Assembly: GCA_013115145.1 (NCBI GenBank)
Contig: JAAPAO010000222.1
Location: forward strand, 1-51,351
DNA length: 51,351 nt
DNA from: Perkinsus chesapeaki ATCC PRA-425
Lineage: Eukaryota; Protista; Perkinsozoa
Direction of reading: 5' to 3'
This document shows, in pieces, positions 1 through 12,151 of this stretch. A model generated the notes under the pieces. It was not told the DNA's origin and ran no database searches. It saw nothing but the letters and a program-made list of their open reading frames with translations. How positions within the stretch are numbered: the first letter of the stretch is position 1; every line of letters starts with the position of its first letter. A program made the translations under genes and the position numbers.

Positions 1-251
1 TAAGAATTGATGATAATAATAATAATCTTATTGTATTGAGGGGTTGGAGAAAAGGTTTAAACCACTGCTGCGCGCGGCCCCCCCCCCCCCGCGACAGCTC
101 TACGGGATCCATTTTTGAGCTCCTCCCTACAGTTTAGGGGACCAAGCGGTATGCTTCGTTAGGCGACATTTATCTTCACTAGACGCTACCCGTGGCGGCG
201 CTCCACGAGTTAAGTCCAGCTTGGGTGGTCGATATAGGCCCGAACATATTA

Positions 252-1174
252 CATGCATTTTTCCAACAGTAACTGTGGTTTGTCAAGCTTCCTTATTTGG
301 CACATACAGACAGCATCATCAAGATATTCCATAACAATAGCATGTCTATTGTGGCCGACGGGTTCGGGGACCTACGGTTACGACACTAGTCATCGCCGGG
401 GTTGGGAGGAGGTTGGCCTCCTACTGGAAAGCCGGCATTATATAGCTCAGTGAGGTAGGCAAACTCCTTGGCTGCAGCTAGACGAGCAAGATACATCCTA
501 AATAAAGGATGCCAAACGCTGGCGACGAAGGCATGCCTTACCAACTGGCGGACTGCCGGTGTTGAAGGTAATCGCGGTTCTCCTTAACAGTCTTGAAAGA
601 TACTCTGCCAAGTCTATGGAACTTAATGACAAGCTGACGACCTACAATAAAGCACTGCCCCTAGTGTTTAACGTTGGACTATAAAGGGACAACAGATACT
701 ACCTTCATCATCAGTGCAAATATGAATATCACTTTCCTTCCCTACACCAACCCTCTGACCAACACCAGCGATGTTTCCGCGTGACATAAGTGTCCTAAAT
801 GGCGAATGCTGCGGACACATTCTAGTCATGTCACCTGAGGGCCAGGAAGTCGTAGCCGTTATAGGTGAGCTTGTAGCCGTCGTATGTCTTTCCGTCGTGG
901 GCCACAAGCTTATGTTTAAGAAGGTTCTGTAATGTCTTGTAGCAGCCTGGCACAGAAGGATCATTCCCAGTGCGCATCTCCGAGCTACCTCCTCGTTTAA
1001 GTCCGGCGATACTCTCTACCAGCTGAAGCGGCACCAGCTCGTGATTCTTATGCCCGACCTCGAGCGCCTGCAGAGGGGAGCTCGACCAGCGGAACGTAAA
1101 GGAAGGTAGCTTACTTGTAGAACTCGAAGATCCTCTTTGCTGAGGTACCGGAATATCTCGCAGTCTAAGCGCAT
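252..1174 (-). CDS. RIO2: RIO2 atypical protein kinase (ribosome biogenesis); N-terminal part only, multi-exon
   Basis: Spliced translation [113 protein letters not shown] matches the RIO2 winged-helix and kinase N-lobe. Recognisable similarity stops at ~252 and the catalytic IHGDFNEFN exon is not in the window. Confidence 0.92.
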
Positions 1175-1279
1175 AAGGTAAGGGTAAACCGAATGGCTGC
1201 AAAGGGAGAGCTGGAACGGGCCCGGCAGCGAAACAATGATTAGGAGGTTGTGAAACGGTGATTGGCAGAAACAACATGG

Positions 1280-2864
1280 TCACCAATAGAAGACATGAGG
1301 GTTGTTGCTTTCATCATCCTCATTATCCTCCAACACATCAGGTTCGAGGCCCTCCTGCAAGCCCATATTACTATCGGTATATCGGCCCTCGGTGAAGTAA
1401 TCCGGATCTGGAATATGGCTGGATACCTGAGTCGACCTCTAACCCAAGTAACCGGCAGAGAGGCCTACCCTATCTCGAAGAGCCCTTTGCTCATTTATCT
1501 GCCTATAGATGGGCTTTCGCGTGTGCTTTCGGCCATGGGCAGGCGGCGCTAGCCTGTGATAGAATCGGACCATTGTAATTCCCATATACTACAGTTCCGC
1601 CTTCTCTATGGCAATCTCCTTTATTTCTTTCCTATCCAGCATAGTGGCATCCACTTTCCCACATACTTGGGCCTCATGAGCTGCTATAAGCAGCCTAGCC
1701 TGCTCGTGCTCCGCTGATATAAGGGCTCTCACATCAGACCGGTCAAGCTGGTACCTACAGTGACCACATACGCCTTTGAAGAACGATAAAATTAATGTGG
1801 ATATAGCGTCGGAGAGTAGTTCCGCGCCATTGCTAACCTAAGCTAAGTTACACGTATACAAAAATGCTGCAGTGTTATTTCTCAGCTTTAAGCCTTGCCC
1901 CCCGAGACTGGCCTTTTACTACATATCCTCAACATGGACTCTATCCTTCAAATAGTTCTTAATTCTCTGTAGACGTTTTCGTTTCAAGCGCACAGCACAC
2001 TGCCAACAAGTACGTAGGACCTATGAGCCACAATAGGCTGGTGGTAGCTAGGCCGAAGCACCGTCTGCCAGGCAGTCTTCTCTGGTGTAAGGCCGAGATC
2101 TTGGAGTTCTAGATATCCGTGAATGAATCTTTCATTCAGCTTGACCAGTGCAGGATGCATATCAGCTTCCTTCATCTCCTGTAGCACCTACGGTCCATTA
2201 CCTCACTAAGATGGTGATGCCTACCATAAGAGCTGATGATGCCATATGTCTATGAGATAGTATATATCCGTGGGCTAGCAGTGAATAGGACGTCTCGTCC
2301 ATCGGCAGGTTATGAGCCTTGAACAGCCTACTGCTCTTATACCATTCATTATAGTCCCCCTACTATGAGCCCTATACCTTGGAAACGCTAAGTACTACTT
2401 TAACCAATGCTTTCCACATAATAGAGTCCAAAGATGTCCGTAGCTGTTGTGTATTAGTAAAGTCTAGGTTGCTATCGGCCTCTTCATCAATACCATGTTC
2501 CGCCTCCAACTGTGCCTACTGGGCCATGGCCCCTGGTGCCCCGCTGCGCTATTACATCGAGATAGCTGTAGTTCTGCCGACTATACCGAGGCAAGTCCTC
2601 CCTAGGCATTATAGAATGATCCTCCTCCTGTTCCTCCTGGATACTCCTGAGGTTGATTCGTAACCCCCTCCGAGTTAGGATATGTTACTCATTATCAAAG
2701 ATAGGCCTTGCCACTTTAGGTTTTGTTACATAGTGTGTCTGAGGGAAGACTCTAAAGCCTCGGACACTACAGTAGACAGGATGGGGACTGCCTAACAGAA
2801 GCTTGTGGCTTATCATGGCATTATGGAATTTAGTTGAGCTCGAAAGTGCACAAACATGCAGCAT
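1280..2864 (-). CDS. Putative mitochondrion-targeted protein with 2-3 PPR-like helical repeats
   Basis: GT-AG spliced model. The N-terminus is basic/hydroxylated with a VRGF motif (start may be 2816). Internal WKALVKGDYNEWYKSSRLFKAHNLPMDETSYSLLAHGYILSHRHMASSALMVLQEMKEADMHP fits the PPR consensus (D..TY..LI.GY......AL.L..EM...G..P). Stop TGA at 1280-1282. Confidence 0.6.
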
Positions 2865-2995
2865 TCCTAAGGCGGAGCGATGCAAAGATAACTTTTTCTG
2901 TCGAGCAGTTGTGTTGAAATGGGCCTTGAAAAGTGTACCGGGGCCTGGTAAGATTCATCAAGGTTGATTTCGTTAACTAAGCTGTGTTATTGAAT

Positions 2996-4755
2996 ATGGC
3001 GCCATCACCGGATTCGTTCTCGGATTACTATTCTAAATGGGACACCTATGCCTCTGGTATTGATGATAATAATGATGATGAGATGCCAGGCTCTATAGCG
3101 GACCAATCAAGGCCAGTGGCAGAGGCTCGGCAACAGATGGAGAGGCAGAGTCAGGCGTCAGCTAATAAGGTAATAGGGGAAGGATATAGGGATGTTTAAT
3201 TTCAGTCTTGGAAAATTTAATTGGCTTCCTCAGTTGGGCCCAGGAAGTTAACTCACCAGACGTTCATATTAAATGAGCACCTTATACTGGAAAATAGGGA
3301 AAAGCTGTCCGGCGTTGAGTGATTTTTTCTGGAAAATCCGCTCTTCTTATCGACACGTAGGCGGCCGTGTGGATATATTCCGAGACTGGTGATTGTAGGG
3401 GATGTTTGGCAATGTTCAGGCAGTTTACGATAGCTTCCTTTGAGAAATTTCACTGGTGTGGGCCGAAGCTGGGGGATTCGGGTTAAGGATGATAATGTTA
3501 TCGGATTGGCATGGATTCGGGGCTGACGATGGGGTATCGCTGTAATCTACCGTTTATTAGGCCGCTATGCTAGCTAGGATGAAGGAGAATGAAGTTACTA
3601 TGGAAGAGGGTGATTTTGATGCCACTACTGATACCATTCGTATAACAGACAAAGCGTTGGAAGGCAAAGCACTGAGGATCAGGGGGCTTAAGGATCGCAC
3701 CATCCATATAGAAGTCGATAAAATGGTAAAGCTCTTTGTAGAGGAGCTTGAAAGATGCAAGATACTTGTTCATGGCCAAGTTGTTACCGGTACAGCTGAG
3801 ATGTGGTCTTGTAAGAGGTGCACCTTATGCGTGCTCAAAGGCGTGGAAACTGTCCAGTGTGACGCTTGCGATGAGGTGTCCATAGTCGGCGCTGTGAGGG
3901 TTTGCAGTAGCAATTGTACTGGGCTGAAAGTGAACGGAGAGGATGTGGCTGAGACAGGAAAGAAGGAGCAGTTGCTGAGCAAGTCTGATGAGCACGGTAA
4001 AGTTACTAGTGATAAGATGCATCGGTTTGGTCATGACCAAATACCAGTAATGGACCCAGAGGAGGGGAAGGAACCGAAGCCCTCTGATGAGCAGACGATT
4101 GCTGAGTCTCAGAAGGATCTGGGTAGGCATAAGGCGCTTAAAAGGGCCAATTGCTTATATAGGTAACGACGCGTTCAAGGAGTGTGACTTCATGCAGGCT
4201 GTAGTGTTCTATACCAATGCCTTGGACCATGACCCTACTTTGGCCGTAGCTCTATCTAATAGGGCACAGTGCTGGCTAAAGCTCGGCGATCTCGATAAGT
4301 AAGGGGTGATACTCATATCAGGGATGATGGGATCAACTCAGAGCGGAGACTGATGCATTGAAGGCTGCTAGCTTGGAGGGAGCGCCTGATCGCATAAAGG
4401 CCAAGTCATGGTTTCGGGCTGGGATGGCTCGCCATGGCAGAGGTAATCGGGGGAATATCGTGAGGCTCGTCGTAGTTGCATTATCCGGCCTGATTTAGTC
4501 AGTCGGATATGGTAAACGCTCTTCGCAACTTCAGTGCAGTAGATAGATCATTCCTCAACCTAAATGTCGGGCGCTGACTGGCTAACTAGCACTTAGTGTC
4601 GGTCTCCTTTAGATGGATGGCCTCATTCAGGTGACTTTGCCGGTGCCTGCGAATGCTTGAGCAAGGCTCAAAAGATAGACCCTAAGAATCCACAGATAGA
4701 CCATGCTTTTAAAATGGCCGAATTCAAGATGCGACAGAAACCAAAGAATAACTGA
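2996..4755 (+). CDS. TPR-domain protein with a central beta-helix-like (CARP/CAP-C/TBCC-like) region
   Basis: Three-TPR clamp at the C-terminus (GNDAFKECDFMQAVVFYTNALDHDPTLAVALSNRAQCWLKLG..KAKSWFRAGMARHGRGDFAGACECLSKAQKIDPKN) and an N-terminal YYSKWD motif. The CARP-like call for 3660-3900 is a by-eye pattern and is weaker than the TPR call. Confidence 0.75.
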
Positions 4756-4850
4756 GTTACTTTGCTGCAAGATACAACACTTTTCAACATTTCCCTTCCT
4801 GTGTGTTGTTGGGTCAATTTGCTCCCACATGGTCAGAGGTCTTTACCGGT

Positions 4851-6751
4851 ATGGCAACCCAACTCTCAGACGAGTCAGAGAGGCTGCCCGTGCCGATAGC
4901 GACGGCCCAAGGCACGGAGGAGGGCGATCCAGGGAGCCCCTGCCGAGTGCAGCAACTGTGCACTCGATGCCAGTCGAAGCTGCGGATAGTAGATTTCGAG
5001 ACTAGAAAGGATCGGGTGAGGCTGAAGGAAGGGGGTTAGTAATGCAGCTAGGGGTGTCAGATAAGAGCTGATGAAGCTGTGCAGGATTTAGAGAGAAGAG
5101 TAGAGGCGGCATGCGAGGAGTCTCGAAGTTGTTCGGTCCGAGAGGCTCTAGAAAAAGTACCAGACATGACACACCACAGTCTCGGGAGGCGCCTTGTTCA
5201 GGGGGAGAACATGAGCTCGTTGGAGAAGCTGAATCTCCTTGGAAGTGCATTCGCTTTGGTGCTACCAGCTGAGGCGCGGAGCAAGGACACCAGTGTTCCC
5301 TTGTGTGAGCCATGTGCAATGGATGTAAACAGGGCCGGGTTCTCTGGCAGGGCCGGATGCCGCCTGTGGCAGGTGGTGGCCTTGTGGCAGAGGGAACTAG
5401 CGTTACGTAGAAGTGAACTAGCCGAATCCGAGCTTGCCTTGGCCGAGCTGGACGAGGAAGAGGGAGAGAGCGACGAGGACGACTCCGAGATACGCGGACT
5501 GGAAGGGGAGGTGATGAGGGCTATACGTAGACTGGGGAGGTCGGCGATTTTAAGCTGCATAGATAGCTGCAATGGAGGAGGAACTTACAGAGCTGAGGAG
5601 GACATCACAGGAGCTGGCATCGAGGCTGGAGAGGGAGGAGGCTGAAGCGAAGGTGCAGCTACGACGGGAGGAACATCTACAAAAGGAAACGGACGATTAT
5701 GTGGTAGGAGGGCCGCCGCTGCCGCCCTTAGTCAGTCGGGCTAATATATGGCTCAGGTACAACTGCTCAGCCATGAGGAGGTAACTGGTAATGTTAAAGC
5801 CCAGGTGGAGTATACAAGTGGTGAAATATCTAGATTAAAGAGGACTAGTGTATTGGCCATGGCCTTTAGGATATGGTAGCTGCACATCGTATACATTACT
5901 GTTTAAACTGTATAGGCACTCGGGGCCATTTGGCAGCATAAACGGCTTTAGAATGGGGCGAGTGCATGATTACCAGATCCCCTGGTCGGAAATCAATGTT
6001 GGCTGGGGTCAGATGGCACTCCTGCTCGACGTCATCGTACGGTGAGTCCAGCTAGCCGTGACTTTTACGATCGATTACTTTGCAGGCGACTCGGAGTTCC
6101 TTCTGCCTACAGGCTTCTGCCGAGAGGATCCTGCTCGGCCATTCTGCGGAAGTCTGATAATAGCATTATGGAACTCTATACAAGCGACGGAGGATTCGCC
6201 AGGTTTTTCACAGGGAGAAAGTGAGCCTTGGAAAAGGGTTCATCGGGGTTGATTAGTCTTCGTTATTTTATCCTGCAACTCTGTCTGTAGGTTCGACGCT
6301 GGTATGTGTGCCTATGTTAGTGTTGTGCAAGAGGTCTGCTCCTATTCGGAGAGATTCCGCAGTCAACCTCTGAGGTGGGGCAACGGGGAAGCGAATCTTT
6401 GCCGTGCAGTTGGGGGTCGTTGTCTGTGAGAAGATATCATCTTCGTTGAATTCACTGAGTTATCGACAATGGCTTCCCTAGTTTGGGCAGCAGCAGCAGC
6501 ACCCTGTATCTCTGGTGTCTCCCTTAGACTGCCCTTCAGCATCGAAGGGGATAAAGTCGGTGGTTTTTCAGTGGCGCTACAGTTCAATCAGGAAGAGCGG
6601 TAAGCCGATTTAATCTGTATACAACAAAATTTTTTCACACAGGTGGACGAAGGCGATGAAGTATCTGCTGACGAATCTCAAATGGTTGATGGCGTATATA
6701 GAATCGGAGCCCCTTCCGTCACCCTATGATGAGGACGCTGCTACCGACTAA
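4851..6751 (+). CDS. ATG6: ATG6/Beclin-1/Vps30 (PI3K class III complex subunit)
   Basis: N-terminal CxxC, PLCEPC, then a coiled coil, then the ECD/BARA domain: [94 protein letters not shown]. Stop TAA at 6749-6751. Confidence 0.95.
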
Positions 6752-6879
6752 ACTGCACCATTGTCACATTCTTCATTTTTATCTGTTTCCTTACGGCTCG
6801 TTTTGCCTTCGTCAATTACTGCAAGCAACTGACGCGTCTTGTCCAGCAGGACTCCACTGTTTGTTGGTCACCTTCTGAA

Positions 6880-9800
6880 ATGGGTCCTCCTAGAAGTACA
6901 GTAGGAGGAGGAGGTGAAGGCTTTAAAGGCCGGAAGAGGGCGAGTACACTATATAGCATAGCTACAACAACCAGTCGGGTGAGCACCAATACCACATCCT
7001 CCTTGCCCAATTCCACTTTTCTCACTTCTCTACTGAGCGAAACAGCCGAGTGCACAGATCGCCCAGTCGAGCTCGCCACTTACTCCGCGTCTGTGTGTTA
7101 GAGTCCGCGGAGACCAAACCCGTTCTTGGAGTTCAATGCCGAGCAAGAGTTTGCTAACACAGGGGCACGAAGTGAAATGTAGGCGTTGCTGTCACCACGC
7201 CGTCAAACGGTGGAACAGTAGGTTTGAAGATTTCCCGTCGTTTGATCGATGCCAAAAGGGGACTTCTCCTCGGAGAGGGCTACCACAGTTACGAACTAAT
7301 AAACATATCGATATCCTCCGGAGAGAGGCAAGAGGGGCGCAATAACCGGTATCAATTTCATGGTATTCTGCAGGCTCGGCTGCACGCTAAGGAGGAGATG
7401 TCCTGGCGTGGCTTGGGGGACCTCTCAGAGTTGCGACTAGAGCACTCGAGTGTAGTGAGGAGCAGTGCTCTCTTAGACCCCCTACGGCGGTCACGGTAGC
7501 GTGAATCCTTTACTATTCTTACTAACAACCTATCCAATAGATATGGAAGAGACCTTGCGAAGGTGACACATGAATCCGCGAGAGTAAACGCGTTAACGAA
7601 TGCGAAAAAAGGAGGAGCTCGAAGCTGTAAAACTCAAGTGTCCATTGCTGTGCCATTGACACCGTGCCAGACTCGTCGATGCCTGTGGTGATGCTGCCAA
7701 GGCCAGCAGACCATGTCAGTGGCTTGCGAGAGGCAATGTATGTGCTGTGCCCAGATCTCAAACCTCGGACTAAGAAGGTATCTATTAAGAAGCAATGATA
7801 GTAGTCTTTATCGAGCTCCCTTTCAGAATGAAATAGCAGACACCACCAAACAGGATTTTAAAGACCTTTTCAATAAGCAACCGCACCAGATAGATGAGGG
7901 TGATCCGCCGAGAACTAGGGCTGATTATACTAAGGAGACTCTCGAGATCGTTTGCCGTATAGTGCAGGTCAGTTTCATCGCTCACCACCATCGCATTGCC
8001 ACTTCAGGAGCGATTTAGTGGATCATTTCATGCCTTGTTCTTCCGGGTGGATGAGAACGGAAATGGAATAGTTAGCATGCGAGAGTTCGAGCAGGGGGTT
8101 AAGAGGCTCAATCTTCTAGATGAACTGGTGAGCTCGATGGCAGGTTAAAGCCTTAGCATCGTGCTTCTCAGACTCCAGCTCGGATCCACGACCTGTTCGG
8201 GTATCTACGTGCAAGAGACAGCGGGATGCTACACTGGGAACAGTTCTCCCGTGTAGAGGACTGGTATATAGATAAACTTGAAGCAGAGAGAAGGCCACCA
8301 TCAGCAACTCCTCATGAGAAGGCGGAGATGGTAGGTCTGGGCATGTGCAGTGCGTAGTGTGCGGAGCAACATAGGCCACATGTGCAGGAAGTCGCCTACG
8401 GAACGCATCTCTTTGATCCCCCGCCAATGTGACGCCTCATAATCTTAGGACAGATTGGAGCTACTCCGCAAAGGATTCAAAGACCGAGCGCAAAAGATAC
8501 TACACGGTGACGAAAATCCTGATGACCCAACCTCTGGTCAACAGCCCACAGCTGTGACTTCAACGGGAGAACATGTAGCGGCCTCGGCTCGAAGGTAGGC
8601 TTATTTAACGATTGTTGGTGGGGGAACGTCGCACTCTTCCAAGTTCCTTACGACCGTCTATATGCAATGAGGAAGAGGACGGAGGTAATCAGTACCGAAT
8701 GGCTTCTCCTGAGATGGTAGACCGAGTAATGAAGATAAAGCTGTTTGATAAGAACACGAACGAAGGAGTTCTTGATCACAGTAACTCGTGTACTGTGCTC
8801 GGCATTAGGGACTGTCTCACAGGTATGATTTACATGGTGGACACGTCGAACCTTTTACAAGCAACTGCCCTCCAGGGGCCAGACCTTGGTCAGAAGGTTT
8901 CAAGGCCTCCTCGGTAGGGTGGGCACCAGTCGACGTCCGTGCACTCTTTTTCGTCAGCTACTATGAGATCAGCAATCCATTGAGGACTCGAGCGGATTTG
9001 AAACATTTCGAGAAGCAAAAACAAGTCGTGAAGAAGGAACAAAATTTCAGGGCAAAAAAGCCATGCAATACCTTGAGAAGGGATAGAGGCGGGACACTTG
9101 TCTTCAATGATGCGGAGACCAACACTGTGAGAGAGCAGCTCGACTTGTAAGTATACGTTATGTGGCCAGTCTGGCAGCATGTCAATGTACTTCAGGTTCA
9201 GAATTCTCAACGAGGCCACGATCAAGTCGGCTTCGACACCGGTTCTCGATCCGAGATACTTTCTTGGGGAACTGAAGGATTCTATGTGCAAGATAACTGT
9301 AGCTCTACTAGATCAATCCCGGTATTTTTACGAAGGGTGCAGGCATTCCCCAACGGAGAACCCCATCATCCAGGTCGACTCATTATAGTGCGGAGAGCTA
9401 AGATAGCCGATGACGACTTTAGTCGGATCATGTGTGATTGCATTCGCCAAGGTGGACGCCGATAACATCTCTCCCCATTCAGCTGACCTTCAGGTGCTCT
9501 TCCGTTAGGAGGACCCCCAACCCTGTTGTGGACCGTGGATAGCTTTCAACCTGTTAGAAAGCTCAGTGACCTTAGGGATGGCGCCGAATATATCGTTTCC
9601 GCCGGGGAACATGATCTGCCTAGAATTGATCGACTTCCCTCCTCTATCCGACTGAAAAGGGAGAGTTTTCTTCGGCGGTATTCAGTGAGTCTACCCGTTC
9701 TAATGCGCTTGTCTAGGGTACTTATTACCTGTAGGATCAGTCCTTGGGTTTTCCAACTGGCAAGCAAGGGTCTTTTGACCACAATGTGACGGAGACTAGA

Positions 9801-10251
9801 CTCAGTACCGCTGGCTCGACACCAGGGTACGTCCTCCTGTATCGGATTGAGACACCTTATAATTTCCTGCGTTTGATTGTTCTGTATATCGCTTCATCCT
9901 TTAGAGCTGGAAGTGACATCCAGGAGGAGCTGAGTACAATGTTGTCGACTTCCTACTATCCATCGGGGCAGACTTCGTGGAGACTAAAAGCGATCAAGAT
10001 GATGCAGAAGGCTAACACGGCACGACTCGAAGATGTGAGTGTGGCGATCTACTAGTCATTTTGTAAGGATGAGGAGATTGTGTCAGGCTCTGATTGATAA
10101 AGGCATCGTCCGACGAGATCGCGAGAACTTGGAGGTAGCCCGCAAGACTAGGAGAGACTTACGGAAAGATATGTGGTGCGTCGATGTGCTGTAGAAGAAG
10201 AGGAGCCTTAGGGTTGTCAGGTTCACCCGGAGGCAACTCGGTATGGTGTAG
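6880..10251 (+). CDS. Multi-exon protein with an EF-hand pair and a doublecortin (DCX)-like domain
   Basis: EF-hand FFRVDENGNGIVSMREFEQGV (~8030-8125) plus a degenerate partner at ~8170-8260. DCX-like KITVALLDQSRYFYEGCR..DDFSRIMCDCIRQGALPLGGPPTLLWTVDSFQPVRKLSDLRDGAEYIVSAGE (~9290-9610). Start, end and several middle exons are uncertain, and a split into two genes is possible. Confidence 0.6.
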
Positions 10252-11095
10252 AATCGAAGTTGAGGGTACATTCATTGTCACATGTTCAACCTGATGTGTT
10301 CCTCGTGTTAATTGCATCATGCCGCGTATTTTGTTACGAGTCATTCAATGTTCGGGTGTCTGTGGTCCTTATTGGGGGCTATCTGTAGATTATGGATCAG
10401 GTGCGTTTTATGAGGTAACCTTGTGCTCGGTGTACTCATTCTTTCGAAGGTAACTTCCAATGCTCGGATTTATTAAAAATACGTTCCTCTTGATTCGTGA
10501 AAACCAACCAAGTAGACTCCACGTCTGCGGCCATCTCACAATTACCGCCAGCCCCGACCAAGCAATCAGAGCAGGTCTCTTGAAAGCTTCTGCTTTCCTA
10601 GGCTTGCTATCATACGCCACACTTATCTGCGAGACCAAACAACCCGTTCAGTGCTGCCTGACTAAGAACCACTGGTTACCTGATAGATAATATCAATGGT
10701 ACCATCATATGCTCGCGTTCATATACTTCACTCGCTTAATCTTGTGAATGATGTTAAACGATTAGTTATTCGTCTTAAGGCTCTACCTCTTCTGCTTGAG
10801 CTATGTTTCGACAAGTCAACTGACTTCGTTCCCAGGGATGAGTCTGACGAAGAATCGTTCCCTGCCATCAGTGGGTTCGAACAGGGCTTCACTATGTCTA
10901 TTCGCTGGTTGCTCTTTTCTCAAGGTGTAAGCTGTGATAACTGGGGTGATATCGAACTCCATCGAAACTGCGTCTGCCATGTTCGGTAGCAAATCTTAGA
11001 ACATAGTTCTACGAATTAATAGTTCCTTTGCCAATGGCAAATTATGGACTCCGGTCTTCTGCTATTACATTCTCTTAGCTGTTTTGCGGAGCTTC

Positions 11096-12030
11096 ATGGC
11101 TACCGCGGCATATATCGGATTGAAAGCCGCCAGACGGGCGAACGCGTCTGCGGGGAGAGTTTTGGCACATGACCAGCATGCGAAGGAGCAGATACGAATA
11201 ATCTCGGTGAGGGTCGCGATTAAAAAATACCAATAGGAAACTTACTATGCAGCTGTACTTTAGATATTCAATAAATATGACACTAACAAAAGCGGTCAGC
11301 TTGGCCACGATCAGCTCACCCAGCTGCTACGCGACTATAACGGGAATGAGAATCCTTCAAGTGACGAGGTCGGTTAAGCTACGAATAACATAGTTTCTGC
11401 AAATGATTCTGGCCCAACACTCCTGGCTCAGCAAGGGTGTCTGTTCGACCGGCAGGGGGCTCGATACAGCCCATCGTGTGCCAGTTTAATGAGCATTTAT
11501 AGGTCGATTTTATCCTAAAAGTTGCGGATACCGACAACACTTCTAGCATAGAAAAAGATGAGGTGCTCTACGCTTTGAAGGTTTGGAATACGTAATGAGT
11601 ATCTTGTGTTTTAGCATTCTCACATTATAGGTATCGGCATGCCAAACATCGTATAGAGGAGTACTTCGACAAGTACGATTTTACACGAGACGGTTATTTG
11701 GACCGTGATGAACTGAAGCTCTTCTTGGTGGATCTCAATGATGGTTTTGAGGTACACACCGAATATTAACTTGTTCTCTCTCTCACGCTACCCAAACCAT
11801 CACGAGGATCAATCATGCATTTATTAAGCTGACAGGTAACTAACGATGAAGTGGATTGGGTCTTCACACGCGCGGACGTATTGGGGGACGGAAAGATCCA
11901 CCAAGTTGAGTTCCTGTCGGCCATAAGTGCTTGGTACTTCTCCGACCAGAAGCCAGACAATCAGCTAAATCATTCCAGGTACGCAAACGTTGAGGACAAA
12001 GAAGATGAGAGATGCTGTTGCATTAATTAA
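11096..12030 (+). CDS. Calmodulin-like 4-EF-hand protein with a C-terminal Cys cluster (..ERCCCIN*)
   Basis: Loops DTNKSGQLGHDQ, DTDNTSSIEKDE, DFTRDGYLDRDE and DVLGDGKIHQVE across five exons. Ends GAGAGATGCTGTTGCATTAATTAA. Confidence 0.85.
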
Positions 12031-12151
12031 CACACAACTGCTAGACTACTGCCATTGTGTTACTGCTCCTCGTTCTCCTTCAAGCTTGGATGTTTTGGGG
12101 CTTCTTCGGATTCCTGTTTGTGAAGTTTGCAGTTGTTAAAGCATATCACCG

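Noticed and set aside
32-253. Possible solo LTR (segment begins TGTA and ends TACA)
   Set aside because: The flanks (cttat / tgcat) are not a target-site duplication, no PBS or polypurine tract is adjacent, and the right end doubles as an ordinary GT donor.
3170-3570. snoRNAs or nested genes in the longer introns (also 4443-4630, 6374-6528, 11370-11500, 14936-15118)
   Set aside because: No well-spaced C (RTGATGA) / D (CTGA) box pair or H/ACA layout was found by eye. Missed exons are equally possible.
4495-4560. Alternative TPR-like exon (SDMVNALRNFSA) inside the TPR gene intron
   Set aside because: Its acceptor phase is incompatible with the upstream phase-1 donor.
10400-10990. Short ORFs on both strands between the DCX and EF-hand genes
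   Set aside because: No motif recognised and no consistent spliced model on either strand. It may be a real or decayed hypothetical gene but cannot be supported.
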